From positions 1 through 48,577 of the IMG/VR virus record IMGVR_UViG_3300032293_002271: a stretch of DNA of 48,577 nucleotides, one strand, 5' to 3'. Within the stretch, counting starts at the first letter, position 1. Each line of letters opens with the position of its first letter. Position numbers and translations under genes: made by a program. The stretch comes from a virus (taxonomy: Duplodnaviria; Caudoviricetes). Of the stretch, positions 33,705-43,144 are shown piece after piece. The notes beneath the pieces were generated by a model. It saw nothing but the letters and a program-made list of their open reading frames with translations, was not told the DNA's origin and did not search any database.

Positions 33705-33709
33705 GAGTA

Positions 33710-35920
33710 TTAACCAAATAGTGAACCAAGTCCGCTTCCGCCGAAGAGGGAAGGAGCACCTTCATCTTCTTCATCTGAAAAATAATCAAAGTAGCTTGAG
33801 CGAGTCGGTTTATATGTTTCCTTCTTTTTTATAGTATCATCAGAAAGCATTTTATCAATTGATCCCATTGCAGCAAAAGGATCAGAAAAATCAGGCAAAC
33901 TAAAGCCCATCAGTCCTTGCAATCCTTTTGCTGAACTAGCGTTGCCTACATCTGAAGCCGTTAGATTTTTGTCTTCTTCAGTGGCATCAGGAAAAAACTC
34001 AGTATAAAACTCTGACTCACTTCCACCATAACCTGCCTTCTGAAAAATATTAAACAGTGCGCTGCCACCAGCAGGCGCTTCGACTTTCTCATCTGTGTCT
34101 CTTTGAATATAACCAAATCCCAATTGCTCTTGCGTTGGCTTAATCTTTTGTTCGTTTAACTGTTTAATGCGCTCACGTATGTCAATTGCTGGATCAGTGC
34201 TCAGGATGCCCATGAGTGCACCTTTGATTTCCTCCGCAGGATCCGTGCTCGTATTGTAACCAAGGTCTTTTAACTTTTCCTGAAGATCACTTGGCAACTG
34301 TGCAACATCTAATTTATCAACAAACTCTTTAGCTTTTTGTTCAGCTGAAACAAAACTAAGGAAAACCGGATTACCAAAAGAAGCTTTTTGACTTTGCAAA
34401 GCATCCGCCAAAGGACCTTGAATAAAAGCTGCTAGGTCGTTTCTTGTGTAACTATCGGCAACAGGATCATAGTTTCTATCTTTACCAATAACAGCGTAAT
34501 GCAGACGAGCAAAGTCATCTTTGTTTTCTAAATCAACACCATATTCATAAGCAAGTTGGACCCATGTTTTGCCATCTTTTACCACCGTGTCACTATTGCG
34601 TGAGTCCCAGGAGCTTTGCACACCTTGCTTTTGTTGTTCATATAGACCTTTTTTTGCCTGTACATCGGTACCAGTAAGCAGTTCAGGATTCCAATAAAAA
34701 TTAGGGTTAAATTCCCTTTGTGTTGTTTTTCTACCAAGTTCATTAATAAAAGTCTGCGCTTGTCTGTTAGCAAAGTCTTTCAAAGCACTTGAAGCAAGCT
34801 GAGTCTGCAAAACGTTTTGCTCATCTTCTTTAACGTCCATATAACTAATGAATTCAGTAATTGACTTTGAAGTGTCAAAACGAGGCTTCAAATAATCTTG
34901 AACAAAGGAATTGGCAAATTGCTTTTCAACTTGATAGGTTTTAGCAGCATCTTCTGGACTTGTAACTTGCGACATTTCTTGATATCGCTTGGCAAGTGTT
35001 TCGTCAAACCATTGCTGCCAATTATATTGAACAGATGAACCTATGCCTAGGCTGCGATCTAAACTTTCGGATAAGCTTTTGCCAAGTTTGGAATCGCCTC
35101 CAAAACCCATGTATCCACCAGCGCCGCTGTCGCCCAAGATTGAGTTTTTAATGTCTTGCTTGAAGCTGCTGACACTGGGCATGCCCATTCCCTGAAGCAT
35201 GTCCGACATCTCTTGTTTCTTAAGCGCTTTTGAATATTCGCCTAATGTCTGTTTCATGACATCAGCAGACAAAGCGCCAAAAACTTGCTCGCCTTGTTTG
35301 TCAATGTAATCTTGAGTTGCTAATTCAGCAAGAGATTCAGGTTTGCCGGCTGATTTACCTATTATTGTTTGACGCAAAATCTGACGTTCTCTGTCGGTAG
35401 GCGCCCTTAAAGTTTCTTTGTAGGTTTCCAGGGGTTTTGGTTTACCTAGTCGACCACTTGGTGCGCCGACAAACGTGTAGTTTGCATGCAAAAAAGAATC
35501 TAGATCTGCGTATTTTTTCGTGATGTCGATATCGGCAATTTTCCTGCCGCCAAATGAAACTGCGGAAGAAGCATTGTTCCAGGCTTTGACTTCCTCTGGA
35601 ACTTGCTTAGAGTAAAATTTTGCATCAAACTTATCAAGCGGGACACCTTGCTTGGAAGAGTCCCAAACCTGCGCCCCTGTTGCTTTTTGGTAAAAATTCT
35701 CAACTGATTCAATGGTCTCGTCGTCAATATAATCTTTAGCGTTACTGTTGTTTTTTTGAAGAGTCTGATCGAGAGACTCCATTAACATCTTGTAGTTTTC
35801 TGGACCTTGAATTCCGTTCAGGCGTTGTGCAATCGTATCTGCCACTGTGACTTCATCACTTGTTGCGTCCTCAGGAAGAACAGGTTTTAACGAGCCGTCA
35901 ACAGTAGTGAAACGAATCAT
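33710..35920 (-). CDS. Large helical protein, probable internal virion protein
   Basis: 736 aa in the morphogenesis block; no recognised domain. Confidence 0.6.
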   Translation of the reverse strand: MIRFTTVDGSLKPVLPEDATSDEVTVADTIAQRLNGIQGPENYKMLMESLDQTLQKNNSNAKDYIDDETIESVENFYQKATGAQVWDSSKQGVPLDKFDAKFYSKQVPEEVKAWNNASSAVSFGGRKIADIDITKKYADLDSFLHANYTFVGAPSGRLGKPKPLETYKETLRAPTDRERQILRQTIIGKSAGKPESLAELATQDYIDKQGEQVFGALSADVMKQTLGEYSKALKKQEMSDMLQGMGMPSVSSFKQDIKNSILGDSGAGGYMGFGGDSKLGKSLSESLDRSLGIGSSVQYNWQQWFDETLAKRYQEMSQVTSPEDAAKTYQVEKQFANSFVQDYLKPRFDTSKSITEFISYMDVKEDEQNVLQTQLASSALKDFANRQAQTFINELGRKTTQREFNPNFYWNPELLTGTDVQAKKGLYEQQKQGVQSSWDSRNSDTVVKDGKTWVQLAYEYGVDLENKDDFARLHYAVIGKDRNYDPVADSYTRNDLAAFIQGPLADALQSQKASFGNPVFLSFVSAEQKAKEFVDKLDVAQLPSDLQEKLKDLGYNTSTDPAEEIKGALMGILSTDPAIDIRERIKQLNEQKIKPTQEQLGFGYIQRDTDEKVEAPAGGSALFNIFQKAGYGGSESEFYTEFFPDATEEDKNLTASDVGNASSAKGLQGLMGFSLPDFSDPFAAMGSIDKMLSDDTIKKKETYKPTRSSYFDYFSDEEDEGAPSLFGGSGLGSLFG

Positions 35921-36273
35921 GACGCTTCTTTGCGTAGCTGTAAATCAATTAGATTGAAACCGTCTGGCTCCATCCAAGCTTTTATTCTACTTAGCTTTTC
36001 TTCCGTAAAAAAAGACTGTTGGCGGTACCAGGTCTCCATTTCAGATGATGCTTTGTTTGCATTACATTTTTTGCATGCCGGAACCAAGTTGCTCCTATTG
36101 GAGCATCCGGATTTAAAACGCGGAACAATATGATCTAAGCTTGTAGCCTGTTCTTCGCAATAACCGCATTTGTAATCCCAGGCTTGATATATACTTTCTC
36201 TAAATCGTTTCTTAGCAAGTTTTGGTCTTAATTCAACTAGCAGGGCAAGGGGCTCGTGCTGGCTGCAAAACAT
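35917..36273 (-). CDS. HNH endonuclease (McrA-like)
   Basis: CGYC....SLDHIVP...G.....NLVPACKKCNANK. Confidence 0.85.
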   Translation of the reverse strand: MFCSQHEPLALLVELRPKLAKKRFRESIYQAWDYKCGYCEEQATSLDHIVPRFKSGCSNRSNLVPACKKCNANKASSEMETWYRQQSFFTEEKLSRIKAWMEPDGFNLIDLQLRKEAS

Positions 36274-36409
36274 GCTCTTCAATTGCCGTTAATTGATTCT
36301 AATTTCCCTATGCATGTTTCCCTTAAAAGAATAAAGATAAAAATTTGCTTAAGGCAGTTGACAGGCTCTTGACACCATGTAAGGTACGTAGGTAACGACT
36401 GCCACCTCC

Positions 36410-36628
36410 ATGTCTAAGCATCCAGGTTGGGTCTCTGCTCAACAAGCAGGAGAAATCCTCGGCATTGACCGCAAGACACTCTTCAAGTACCGCGATGACG
36501 GTACCCTGAAGCTTGGTCCGCACTTCGCAGCTTTTGACTGTACGCGTTCCAGGGATAGCTACCTGTGGAACGTAGCAGCAGTACGTAAGCACCTGGACAA
36601 GCAGGAGAAGCTTGCCGCTATGGTGTGA
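36410..36628 (+). CDS. HTH DNA-binding protein (excisionase-like)
   Basis: WVSAQQAGEILGIDRKTLFKYRDDGTLKLGPHF; has its own terminator; TTGACA at 36358. Confidence 0.75.
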   Translation: MSKHPGWVSAQQAGEILGIDRKTLFKYRDDGTLKLGPHFAAFDCTRSRDSYLWNVAAVRKHLDKQEKLAAMV

Positions 36629-36651
36629 GTGGTGACAAGGGTGGAGAACAG

Positions 36652-36680
36652 CAGCTCCGGTGATCCGGGGCTGTTTTTTT
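36652..36680 (+). terminator. Intrinsic terminator
   Basis: CAGCTCCGG-TGAT-CCGGGGCTG followed by T7. Confidence 0.85.
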
Positions 36681-36900
36681 ATGTGGGTTCAATTCCACTT
36701 GCGTAAGCTGCCCAGGCCAGACCCACTGCTTCCATCGTCGATAACTCTCCACTGGTGTAAGGAAGATTTATCACATCACCAGGAGAATAAACAATGGGAC
36801 TGCCACTGTAATAAACAGGGCTGTTACCAAAGGCACTGGTATCTAATTGATCGGCTGACAATACATACTTTGTTTCTATCACATCTCCAAATTCAGCCAC
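36679..36900 (-). CDS. Small structural-region protein
   Basis: GTG start overlapping the upstream stop (MAEFGDVIETKYVL). Confidence 0.55.
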   Translation of the reverse strand: MAEFGDVIETKYVLSADQLDTSAFGNSPVYYSGSPIVYSPGDVINLPYTSGELSTMEAVGLAWAAYASGIEPT

Positions 36901-38353
36901 GAGTGAATGCTCCGTCTTTACGCTGTATCTCAAAGTTAGCACGCTTAATAAAACTGGTCGGCACGTTTAAAAGCTTTTGCATCATTGGCAGCAACTGTGG
37001 AGACTGGAAGTTACTTGGTGGCAAGTCCATATACTTAAGTCCATTGATGGAGTTTACATATTCCGCATGTTTCTTCATGACGCTTGATTCATTAACAAGC
37101 TTTTGCTCCCATCTGACCATACCTTCGTCCATGTCAATAGGTACATCGGAGGGTTCGGGTAAGATAATTCCTTCTTGAAACCGTAGTGCGTAGATGTGCT
37201 TGCAGTATCTCATCTCATCTAACAACGGTGTCCAATAGTCATCAAAACTAATAATCTGATTGTCTACTGCTTTGTAGTCAACAAATGTACCGGGTCCTTC
37301 AGCGGCCCCTGCACTTGGAACATTACGCAGATATCTTCCGCCAAAGTCTCTAAACAAGCCAGGGTTGTCAACTGATTCAAAAGTAAGTTCTAGGCGTCTA
37401 TTAACATTTATATCCGTATCCGCATTGTTGTTTATGTTTCCAGTTGCGTCTGTTATCAGTTCATGACGCCCATACTTCAAGGAAGATGGTTTTGTATAAG
37501 GGAATCTTTTTGCCTCGCTGCCTGACATATCACGGAAATATGCGTAACTGCGACGACTAAAGTCCTGGCAAGTACATGCATATCTTGTGCCAAGTGTCAA
37601 GAATCTGTTGATTGCAGGAGGTCGGCTGGCTGGTGTAACAAATACACCATCAGGTGTTGACTCAAAGGATCCTGCTTTTTTTAATGTGAGGACTCCTGCG
37701 GCGCCATCCACATCTAGTAGTAATGCCTGGACGTAGCCATATTTTTTATTTGTAGAGGGGTTTAACGTATCGCTTGTCAGGGGCGTGCCACCAGGCTCCA
37801 GAAGGCGGTCCTCAATGATCTCACCGTTCAGTGGCTTAAGTGCTGCGTTACTGCCAACAGGGGGCACGTAGAGCGGTGCTGGGAGCGGGTTGCTTGCGCT
37901 CCAGGTTCCTGCTAGCTGTACGTACCAGTTATCCGCATCTTCTGTGACAGAGGCAACACTTGCTCTGGTACCAGTGGAATCAAAGACGTTATCAAAGCGT
38001 AGTAATGCGCCAACACGGCAGCCTGTCCAGTGAATTCCAAATTCGCGGTTTGCTGTCGGAAACCCTTGTACAACACCAACAATTAACGGTTGATTACCAG
38101 GGGGCATTATTGTCCCTGGAGGAGTCGGCATTGTGTAACGGAAAGGAAACGTTAGTCCTCGTTGGATGCCTACTGTTACAGCAAGCTCATATCCACGACG
38201 CCACCTTGTCCATGCAGATTCCCTATCCATTGCAACAATGGAGTTAGGCACTGCACCACTAGAAAACTCTGTGGTTATCGGCTTGATAGCCGCAGGTTTA
38301 AAATCAATCCTTTGGTTGAAGTTACCAAAAAGATCACCCTGCTTGGGCGACAT
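36893..38353 (-). CDS. Structural-region protein with split SWIM-like motif
   Basis: YACTCQDF ... about 120 aa ... YCKHIYAL. Confidence 0.6.
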   Translation of the reverse strand: MSPKQGDLFGNFNQRIDFKPAAIKPITTEFSSGAVPNSIVAMDRESAWTRWRRGYELAVTVGIQRGLTFPFRYTMPTPPGTIMPPGNQPLIVGVVQGFPTANREFGIHWTGCRVGALLRFDNVFDSTGTRASVASVTEDADNWYVQLAGTWSASNPLPAPLYVPPVGSNAALKPLNGEIIEDRLLEPGGTPLTSDTLNPSTNKKYGYVQALLLDVDGAAGVLTLKKAGSFESTPDGVFVTPASRPPAINRFLTLGTRYACTCQDFSRRSYAYFRDMSGSEAKRFPYTKPSSLKYGRHELITDATGNINNNADTDINVNRRLELTFESVDNPGLFRDFGGRYLRNVPSAGAAEGPGTFVDYKAVDNQIISFDDYWTPLLDEMRYCKHIYALRFQEGIILPEPSDVPIDMDEGMVRWEQKLVNESSVMKKHAEYVNSINGLKYMDLPPSNFQSPQLLPMMQKLLNVPTSFIKRANFEIQRKDGAFTRG

Positions 38354-38356
38354 GGC

Positions 38357-39136
38357 TTAGAAGAATCCGCCTTGTGCGTAAACGTATGCGCCAGGGATGT
38401 ACCCCGCACTGTTCGGCCCGTCAGGAAACACACCAACGTAAAGGCGATCGCCCCGCTCCAGGTAGATGCCTTTGTTGCGCAAAGGAGAAGTCTGGCCAAG
38501 TCCGTTTGTATTGCCAGCAGAAACAGACGGTACTGCCAACTGAGGCATTACGTCGGAACAATCAACTTCTTGTGTATCAGCCGGCACACGCTTTGCAAAC
38601 ACAACCTTGTAATCACCAGAAGCGGGGATGGGTGTAGTGGTACCACGGGTGTGGTAAACAACAAAAGTTACTTCGGGTTGATAGCCGTACCGAATTCCGT
38701 TGTAACTAAAACCACTTCCAATACCACCTGAATAAATCAAGCTGGTATTGATACCCGTCAGGGTAGTTGCACCTGTGTAGGTGTAGTAACCATATCCGCT
38801 TTGCGCAGGAGTGGCAAGAACACCAGTCTGCGAAATAAAAACAATCTGACCGCTGGTTAGTGAAATGGGCGTACCAGAGGTTGTACTAGTTACCGTGTAA
38901 TCCGGATCACGGTAGTAATCATTGCGAACAATACTGATAGAGTCAACGACACCACCACTGTTATTGTCTTCGCTAAGGGAGGCGTCCATGTCCACTAAAA
39001 TGGAGGGCGCTTGGCCCCCCTGGACAAACAGTGTATTAGTTGATGCACTGCCTACCGTTTGAGTAGTTACGCGCACTGAATCAAACAGCGGGCGATCAAC
39101 CAGCAAGGGTTGTTTATTTGTCGATGTCGATGACAT
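38357..39136 (-). CDS. Virion structural protein
   Basis: MSSTSTNKQPLLVDRP N-terminus, LERGDRLYVG..AQGGFF C-terminus; T/S/G-rich. Confidence 0.65.
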   Translation of the reverse strand: MSSTSTNKQPLLVDRPLFDSVRVTTQTVGSASTNTLFVQGGQAPSILVDMDASLSEDNNSGGVVDSISIVRNDYYRDPDYTVTSTTSGTPISLTSGQIVFISQTGVLATPAQSGYGYYTYTGATTLTGINTSLIYSGGIGSGFSYNGIRYGYQPEVTFVVYHTRGTTTPIPASGDYKVVFAKRVPADTQEVDCSDVMPQLAVPSVSAGNTNGLGQTSPLRNKGIYLERGDRLYVGVFPDGPNSAGYIPGAYVYAQGGFF

Positions 39137-39176
39137 TTACTGCTTCCGGTATTCAGCCTTTCGTGCTAGGCTGCTT

Positions 39177-39749
39177 GTGTTCTGTAAGCCCATTCTAATG
39201 GACAACATTTTTCTTTGCTCAAAATGTGGACAACCTTTCACAAGTAAATGGCCATCATCGGTTCGTTACCGTTTAAGAAAAAATAGAAAAATCTTTTGCT
39301 CAAAAATCTGCGCATCAATAACTCATGGAGCCTGGTCCGTAGATGACAAATTTAATTCTGAATACCGTTCTTGGCGGGCAATGAAATCACGCTGTAACTG
39401 CAAAAGTAATACATATTATGCACGCTACGGAGGACGTGGTATTACATATGATCCGAGCTGGAATAGCTTTGAGAAGTTTCTAGAAGACATGGGTCCAAAA
39501 GAAAATCCAAAACTAGAACTAGAGCGTATTGACAACGATAAGAATTATTGCAAAAAAAATTGTCGCTGGGCTACGCACAAAGAACAAACGCGCAATCGTG
39601 GAGGGAAACGCGCAACAAGGCTTTACACGTTTGAAGGAAAAACTATGTGCATCGCTGATTGGGCAAAAGAGGTTGGTATATCGCCGCAGTCTATGCAAAA
39701 AAGGCTGAACAACAATTGGCCTTTAGAAAAAGCTTTCGCTAAAAAGTAA
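39177..39749 (+). mobile_element. HNH-type homing endonuclease inserted antisense in the structural operon
   Basis: CSKCG..FCSKIC; EYRSWRAMKSRC..YGGRGI..W.SFEKFLEDMG..LERIDNDKNYCKKNCRWAT; T..G.TM.IADWA. Confidence 0.8.
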
Positions 39750-39750
39750 T

Positions 39751-39776
39751 AAAAACCCCGTTTAAACGGGGGTTTT
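39751..39776. terminator. Bidirectional terminator
   Basis: AAAAACCCCG-TTTAAA-CGGGGGTTTT between convergent genes. Confidence 0.8.
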
Positions 39777-39787
39777 CTTAACGTGAT

Positions 39788-40456
39788 TTAACCATAAGGG
39801 CTCATGTTAGTTAAAAAAGCAAGCGGATCAATTTCTGGCGCAGGAGTTAATAGCTTAGCCATTAACTCTTGTTTTACCAGATCCTGCACAGAGAGTTCTT
39901 TAGGTTGGTTGCCAGCCATGGCTGACATGAACCCTTGCAGGAAACTACCGGCAGAAACGTCTTGTCCTTTGCCAGGTTGCTGTTGGACTGTTTCCGTATC
40001 AGTTGGAATATCACCAAGAACACGTTGTGCGTTCTTATAAAGATCTCCACCTTGCTTGAAACGCGGCAAAACACCTGCAACGGAAGTGCCAAAAGAATCT
40101 TTGGCGTTCAACGAAACGTTTGGATTTCCACCAAGTACCGTTGCATATGCGCGATCAATACCCATTTGACCAGGTTTAAAACCACGGTCTTTGAAGTATT
40201 GAAGAACTTTAGGCATTTGGCCAGCCCTGGTTTGAGGCCCAGAGATGCCATAGAGTTTTTGTTCGTTTTGACCGAATTGAATTAAGCCTTTATGGCGACC
40301 GCCCGCACCCCCAACAATATTAGGGTCCATGTTGACGCCAGACTCAAGCGATAGGAATGCACCGAACTCATACGGATGCAAGCCAAGCTCCCTGGCACCC
40401 CGGATGATTGCCATCCGTTCTTCATTTGGAAGAATACCAACTTTAGGCGTAGCCAT
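39788..40456 (-). CDS. Lytic transglycosylase/lysozyme-fold virion protein
   Basis: GARELGL.P.....LSLESG..MDP..GLIQF..Y..VLGGNP. Confidence 0.7.
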   Translation of the reverse strand: MATPKVGILPNEERMAIIRGARELGLHPYEFGAFLSLESGVNMDPNIVGGAGGRHKGLIQFGQNEQKLYGISGPQTRAGQMPKVLQYFKDRGFKPGQMGIDRAYATVLGGNPNVSLNAKDSFGTSVAGVLPRFKQGGDLYKNAQRVLGDIPTDTETVQQQPGKGQDVSAGSFLQGFMSAMAGNQPKELSVQDLVKQELMAKLLTPAPEIDPLAFLTNMSPYG

Positions 40457-40466
40457 AACGTCTGGT

Positions 40467-40586
40467 TTAACTTTCTCCTACCCAATTTGAACTTGCTTTG
40501 AGACCAGGGATAAATACGGTTTGCAGCGCAAGGGCCGTAGCTAGATGGGTCAAAGTACGTTTAACAAACTTGGGGCAGAGAATCAT
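40467..40586 (-). CDS. 39 aa signal-peptide-like micro-ORF
   Basis: MILCPKFVKRTLTHLATALALQTVFIPGLKASSNWVGES. Confidence 0.55.
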   Translation of the reverse strand: MILCPKFVKRTLTHLATALALQTVFIPGLKASSNWVGES

Positions 40587-40598
40587 GGTTTTAAAGCA

Positions 40599-40670
40599 AC
40601 TACACTGGCACCCGTAGATCATAGATCTGTGTCCAGTTGGCTGGGCTTACATGCTTTGCAATGCCAGAGG
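40599..40670 (-). promoter_or_regulatory. Structured leader RNA candidate
   Basis: CTGGCA/TGCCAG, TTGCA/TGTAA, AGATC-TAT-GATCT, and alternative ACTGG-A-CAC/GTG-CCAGT pairings. Confidence 0.45.
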
Positions 40671-40671
40671 A

Positions 40672-41478
40672 TTATTTCTTAAGTTGTTGGAGAAGACGTT
40701 CAAAGTCTGCAGTGTCTAGAACAGAAGGCTGACCAAATGCACTTTGGGCTGCAGAAGCCGCAGGAGCCTGCTGTGGGGCGCCAAAAGAAATTGCAGGTGT
40801 TTGCGCCAGGGTTTGACCGATACCGAAGCCTGTTCCATAACCAGTCCCCTCAGGGAACGCAGGAACACTGGTAGGGAAGCCTTGGGGAGTAGGTACTAAT
40901 TGCTCCTGCATGCCAAAGCCTTGTCCTGCGCGTGCGGCATTACCTGCAAGTGTACCTTGAATTGCGCCGTACCCAGCTTGACCTTGCTTTACTTTTGCGG
41001 CAAGAGTTGGATTTGCCTTTGCCCACATCTGCATGCCCAGGTCTTCTGCAGATTGTTCGGCAGCCGATCCAGCGCCAGCAGCAACTGCTTTCTGACGGGC
41101 AAGTTCGTAACGCTGAAGCTCAGGGTCTTGTGCGGTGAGCTGAGCAACACGTGATGCTTCTTGTTGATGGGCGCGTTCAGCAGCAGGAACACTATAAGAA
41201 GTGTTGGGGATATAGCTAGCAGCGTTACCACCGCCAATGCCACCCCCCGCACTTGCTCCACCAGCAGCACGTGCGGCGGCTGATAAACGAAGCTCTGCAT
41301 CACGATAAGATTCACCAGTCTTATCTTTTGCTGGAATGCTTCCTACAGGGGAAGAACGTTGTGCAGTCGATCCCGTAAGTCCCGCTCCAAGTAGTGAGCC
41401 AAGTCCCAGGGCATATCGCCCAATGTTAGCAGCGCCGCCAAGAAGACGTGCACCTTGTAACGCAGGTCCAATAAACAT
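40672..41478 (-). CDS. Ala/Gly/Gln-rich probable DNA-ejection/pilot protein
   Basis: GGAGG SD, ATG 41478; glycine-zipper N-terminus; D.GMQMWAKANP.LA. Confidence 0.6.
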   Translation of the reverse strand: MFIGPALQGARLLGGAANIGRYALGLGSLLGAGLTGSTAQRSSPVGSIPAKDKTGESYRDAELRLSAAARAAGGASAGGGIGGGNAASYIPNTSYSVPAAERAHQQEASRVAQLTAQDPELQRYELARQKAVAAGAGSAAEQSAEDLGMQMWAKANPTLAAKVKQGQAGYGAIQGTLAGNAARAGQGFGMQEQLVPTPQGFPTSVPAFPEGTGYGTGFGIGQTLAQTPAISFGAPQQAPAASAAQSAFGQPSVLDTADFERLLQQLKK

Positions 41479-41480
41479 AG

Positions 41481-41942
41481 TTACCTCCAAACCTCATGTA
41501 AATAAATGCGTGAGCCAACTGCAGTGTCGGCAGGTCCAGGTAATGCCTGGATGAATTCTGCACCAGAGCGTTCGTAACGGTAACGGGCCTGGAACGGATC
41601 CTTGTAGTTAGGGACGTAAAGAATGTTAGCTAAACGATTTGTTTCGTAAAGGTAAACCTCATCCCAAACCTTTAACGCTTCTTTGGCATTACTTGACCGA
41701 ATAGTACGGTCAACGTCACCAGCGATACTTTCAAGGCGAGTGGAAGGAGATAATGCAACTTCTGTTTTCTTTTCAGCCGTATCACAACGGCTGATCTGAA
41801 TTGCAATCTTGTCGTAAAAGTAAGAATCAGGGACCGTGTTAAGAGCTTCTTCTAAACGAGCATAGTCACCCGCCGGCACGGAAACCGTGAAGTAGCCCAG
41901 GTGGTACCGGACCCTACTTTTGTCAAAATCGCTGAGCTGCAC
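41481..41942 (-). CDS. Probable head-tail adaptor
   Basis: LS..DKSRVRYHLGY N-terminus typical of connector proteins; downstream of the capsid genes. Confidence 0.5.
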   Translation of the reverse strand: MQLSDFDKSRVRYHLGYFTVSVPAGDYARLEEALNTVPDSYFYDKIAIQISRCDTAEKKTEVALSPSTRLESIAGDVDRTIRSSNAKEALKVWDEVYLYETNRLANILYVPNYKDPFQARYRYERSGAEFIQALPGPADTAVGSRIYLHEVWR

Positions 41943-41981
41943 AGCTTACTTCCGTATGTTTTTAATTATAGATGTAGTGAA

Positions 41982-42608
41982 TTAAACAGCGTACGGATTT
42001 GGCATGGACGCAAGCATCCGCATGTACATATCAGAATTGTCAGCCGGTTGTAATAACTGTTGAACAAATCCGCGCTTCATCTGTGTAGCTGCACTTTCTT
42101 TCGGCGTACCTGCAAAACCTGTACCAAGGAGATAACCAACCAAGAACTCTTTTGGGTCAGTGGCCGTACTTGCAGATGTAGTTGATTCCATCCCAGGCTG
42201 TGCTGCACCTAGCATCACGTCAGTCAGCTTGCCTTCTGGGGTTTTGTAGCGGCCAGTAGCAAGCCATTCAAGCTGTGGATCAGTGATAAACTTTTGGCCT
42301 TGTAAAGCCAGGTGCACGTGAGTGTCGTGTCCTTTATCACCAGGGCCCAAAGCTTCGTTGAATACCCCTAGTTGTTTTGCACGCCATGCCATTTCGCCTG
42401 TGCGTTGCTTCCAGGAGATTGGCTTACCTCCCGCGTAAGCAGGGGCTACGTCTGGCCGCCAATCACGTACGTCAATAGCTTCGCCAGTCGGATGATATCC
42501 AGTTGGAGAGTGGCCGCCACCAACACCGCCAAACGCTGGGTTCTCGCCGACATTTAACCCAAACTTTTGTAGGTATTTACCAATGTCGACGATAGAGCGT
42601 TTAGCCAT
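41982..42608 (-). CDS. Peptidase M15-like zinc hydrolase virion protein
   Basis: GGHSPTGYHPTGEAIDV ... GHDTHVHLA (Hx6D ... HxH). Confidence 0.7.
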   Translation of the reverse strand: MAKRSIVDIGKYLQKFGLNVGENPAFGGVGGGHSPTGYHPTGEAIDVRDWRPDVAPAYAGGKPISWKQRTGEMAWRAKQLGVFNEALGPGDKGHDTHVHLALQGQKFITDPQLEWLATGRYKTPEGKLTDVMLGAAQPGMESTTSASTATDPKEFLVGYLLGTGFAGTPKESAATQMKRGFVQQLLQPADNSDMYMRMLASMPNPYAV

Positions 42609-42637
42609 TATCTCGTTTTATTCTCTATTTTAAGATT

Positions 42638-42661
42638 AAAAAACCCCTGGTCTCCCAGGGG
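42638..42661 (-). terminator. Intrinsic terminator
   Basis: CCCCTGG-GAGA-CCAGGGG followed by T6 on the minus strand. Confidence 0.8.
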
Positions 42662-42680
42662 CAGTACTTGGAGATGAGAA

Positions 42681-43109
42681 TTAAACCCTAATTAAATCGG
42701 CAGCGAACACTGCGTCCCAATCAATACGTCCAACTTGTCGCAGTTGTTCGAGAGTGTTGAACCTTTCACCCGATAAGGACATTTGAAGGTCTTTAATTTC
42801 TCGAGCTGTTTTCAATCCAACGCCTTTGATATGATCGGCGATCATTTGAGCGGTAGCTGAATTGATATTTAAACGAACATCCGGTGGGAATGTACGCGGC
42901 TCTTCTTGTGCGGCTTTATCTTTCACTTGAAGAGTTTTTACCCTTTTAGTAGCCTCTTCATCAGGCACAAGTTCGTTTTTGTAAACGGTGAAAAGGCGAC
43001 CATCCTGATCTTCGACCATGAACCAATCGCCGTTATCCCATTCGCTTACAACCTTGAGACGTGCACCTGTTTTTTTGTGCTGATAAAGCATTGACGGAAG
43101 GGTTGTCAT
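42681..43109 (-). CDS. Helix-hairpin-helix (ComEA-like) protein with N-terminal SH3-like domain
   Basis: RLNINSATAQMIADHIKGVGLKTAREI...F.TLEQL.QV. Confidence 0.75.
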   Translation of the reverse strand: MTTLPSMLYQHKKTGARLKVVSEWDNGDWFMVEDQDGRLFTVYKNELVPDEEATKRVKTLQVKDKAAQEEPRTFPPDVRLNINSATAQMIADHIKGVGLKTAREIKDLQMSLSGERFNTLEQLRQVGRIDWDAVFAADLIRV

Positions 43110-43144
43110 AGGACCAGTGATTACCTGGTCCTAGTTTAACCTAA

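Noticed and set aside
36410-36628. Prophage integration module
   Set aside because: Excisionase-like HTH only; no integrase, att site or host genes in the window.
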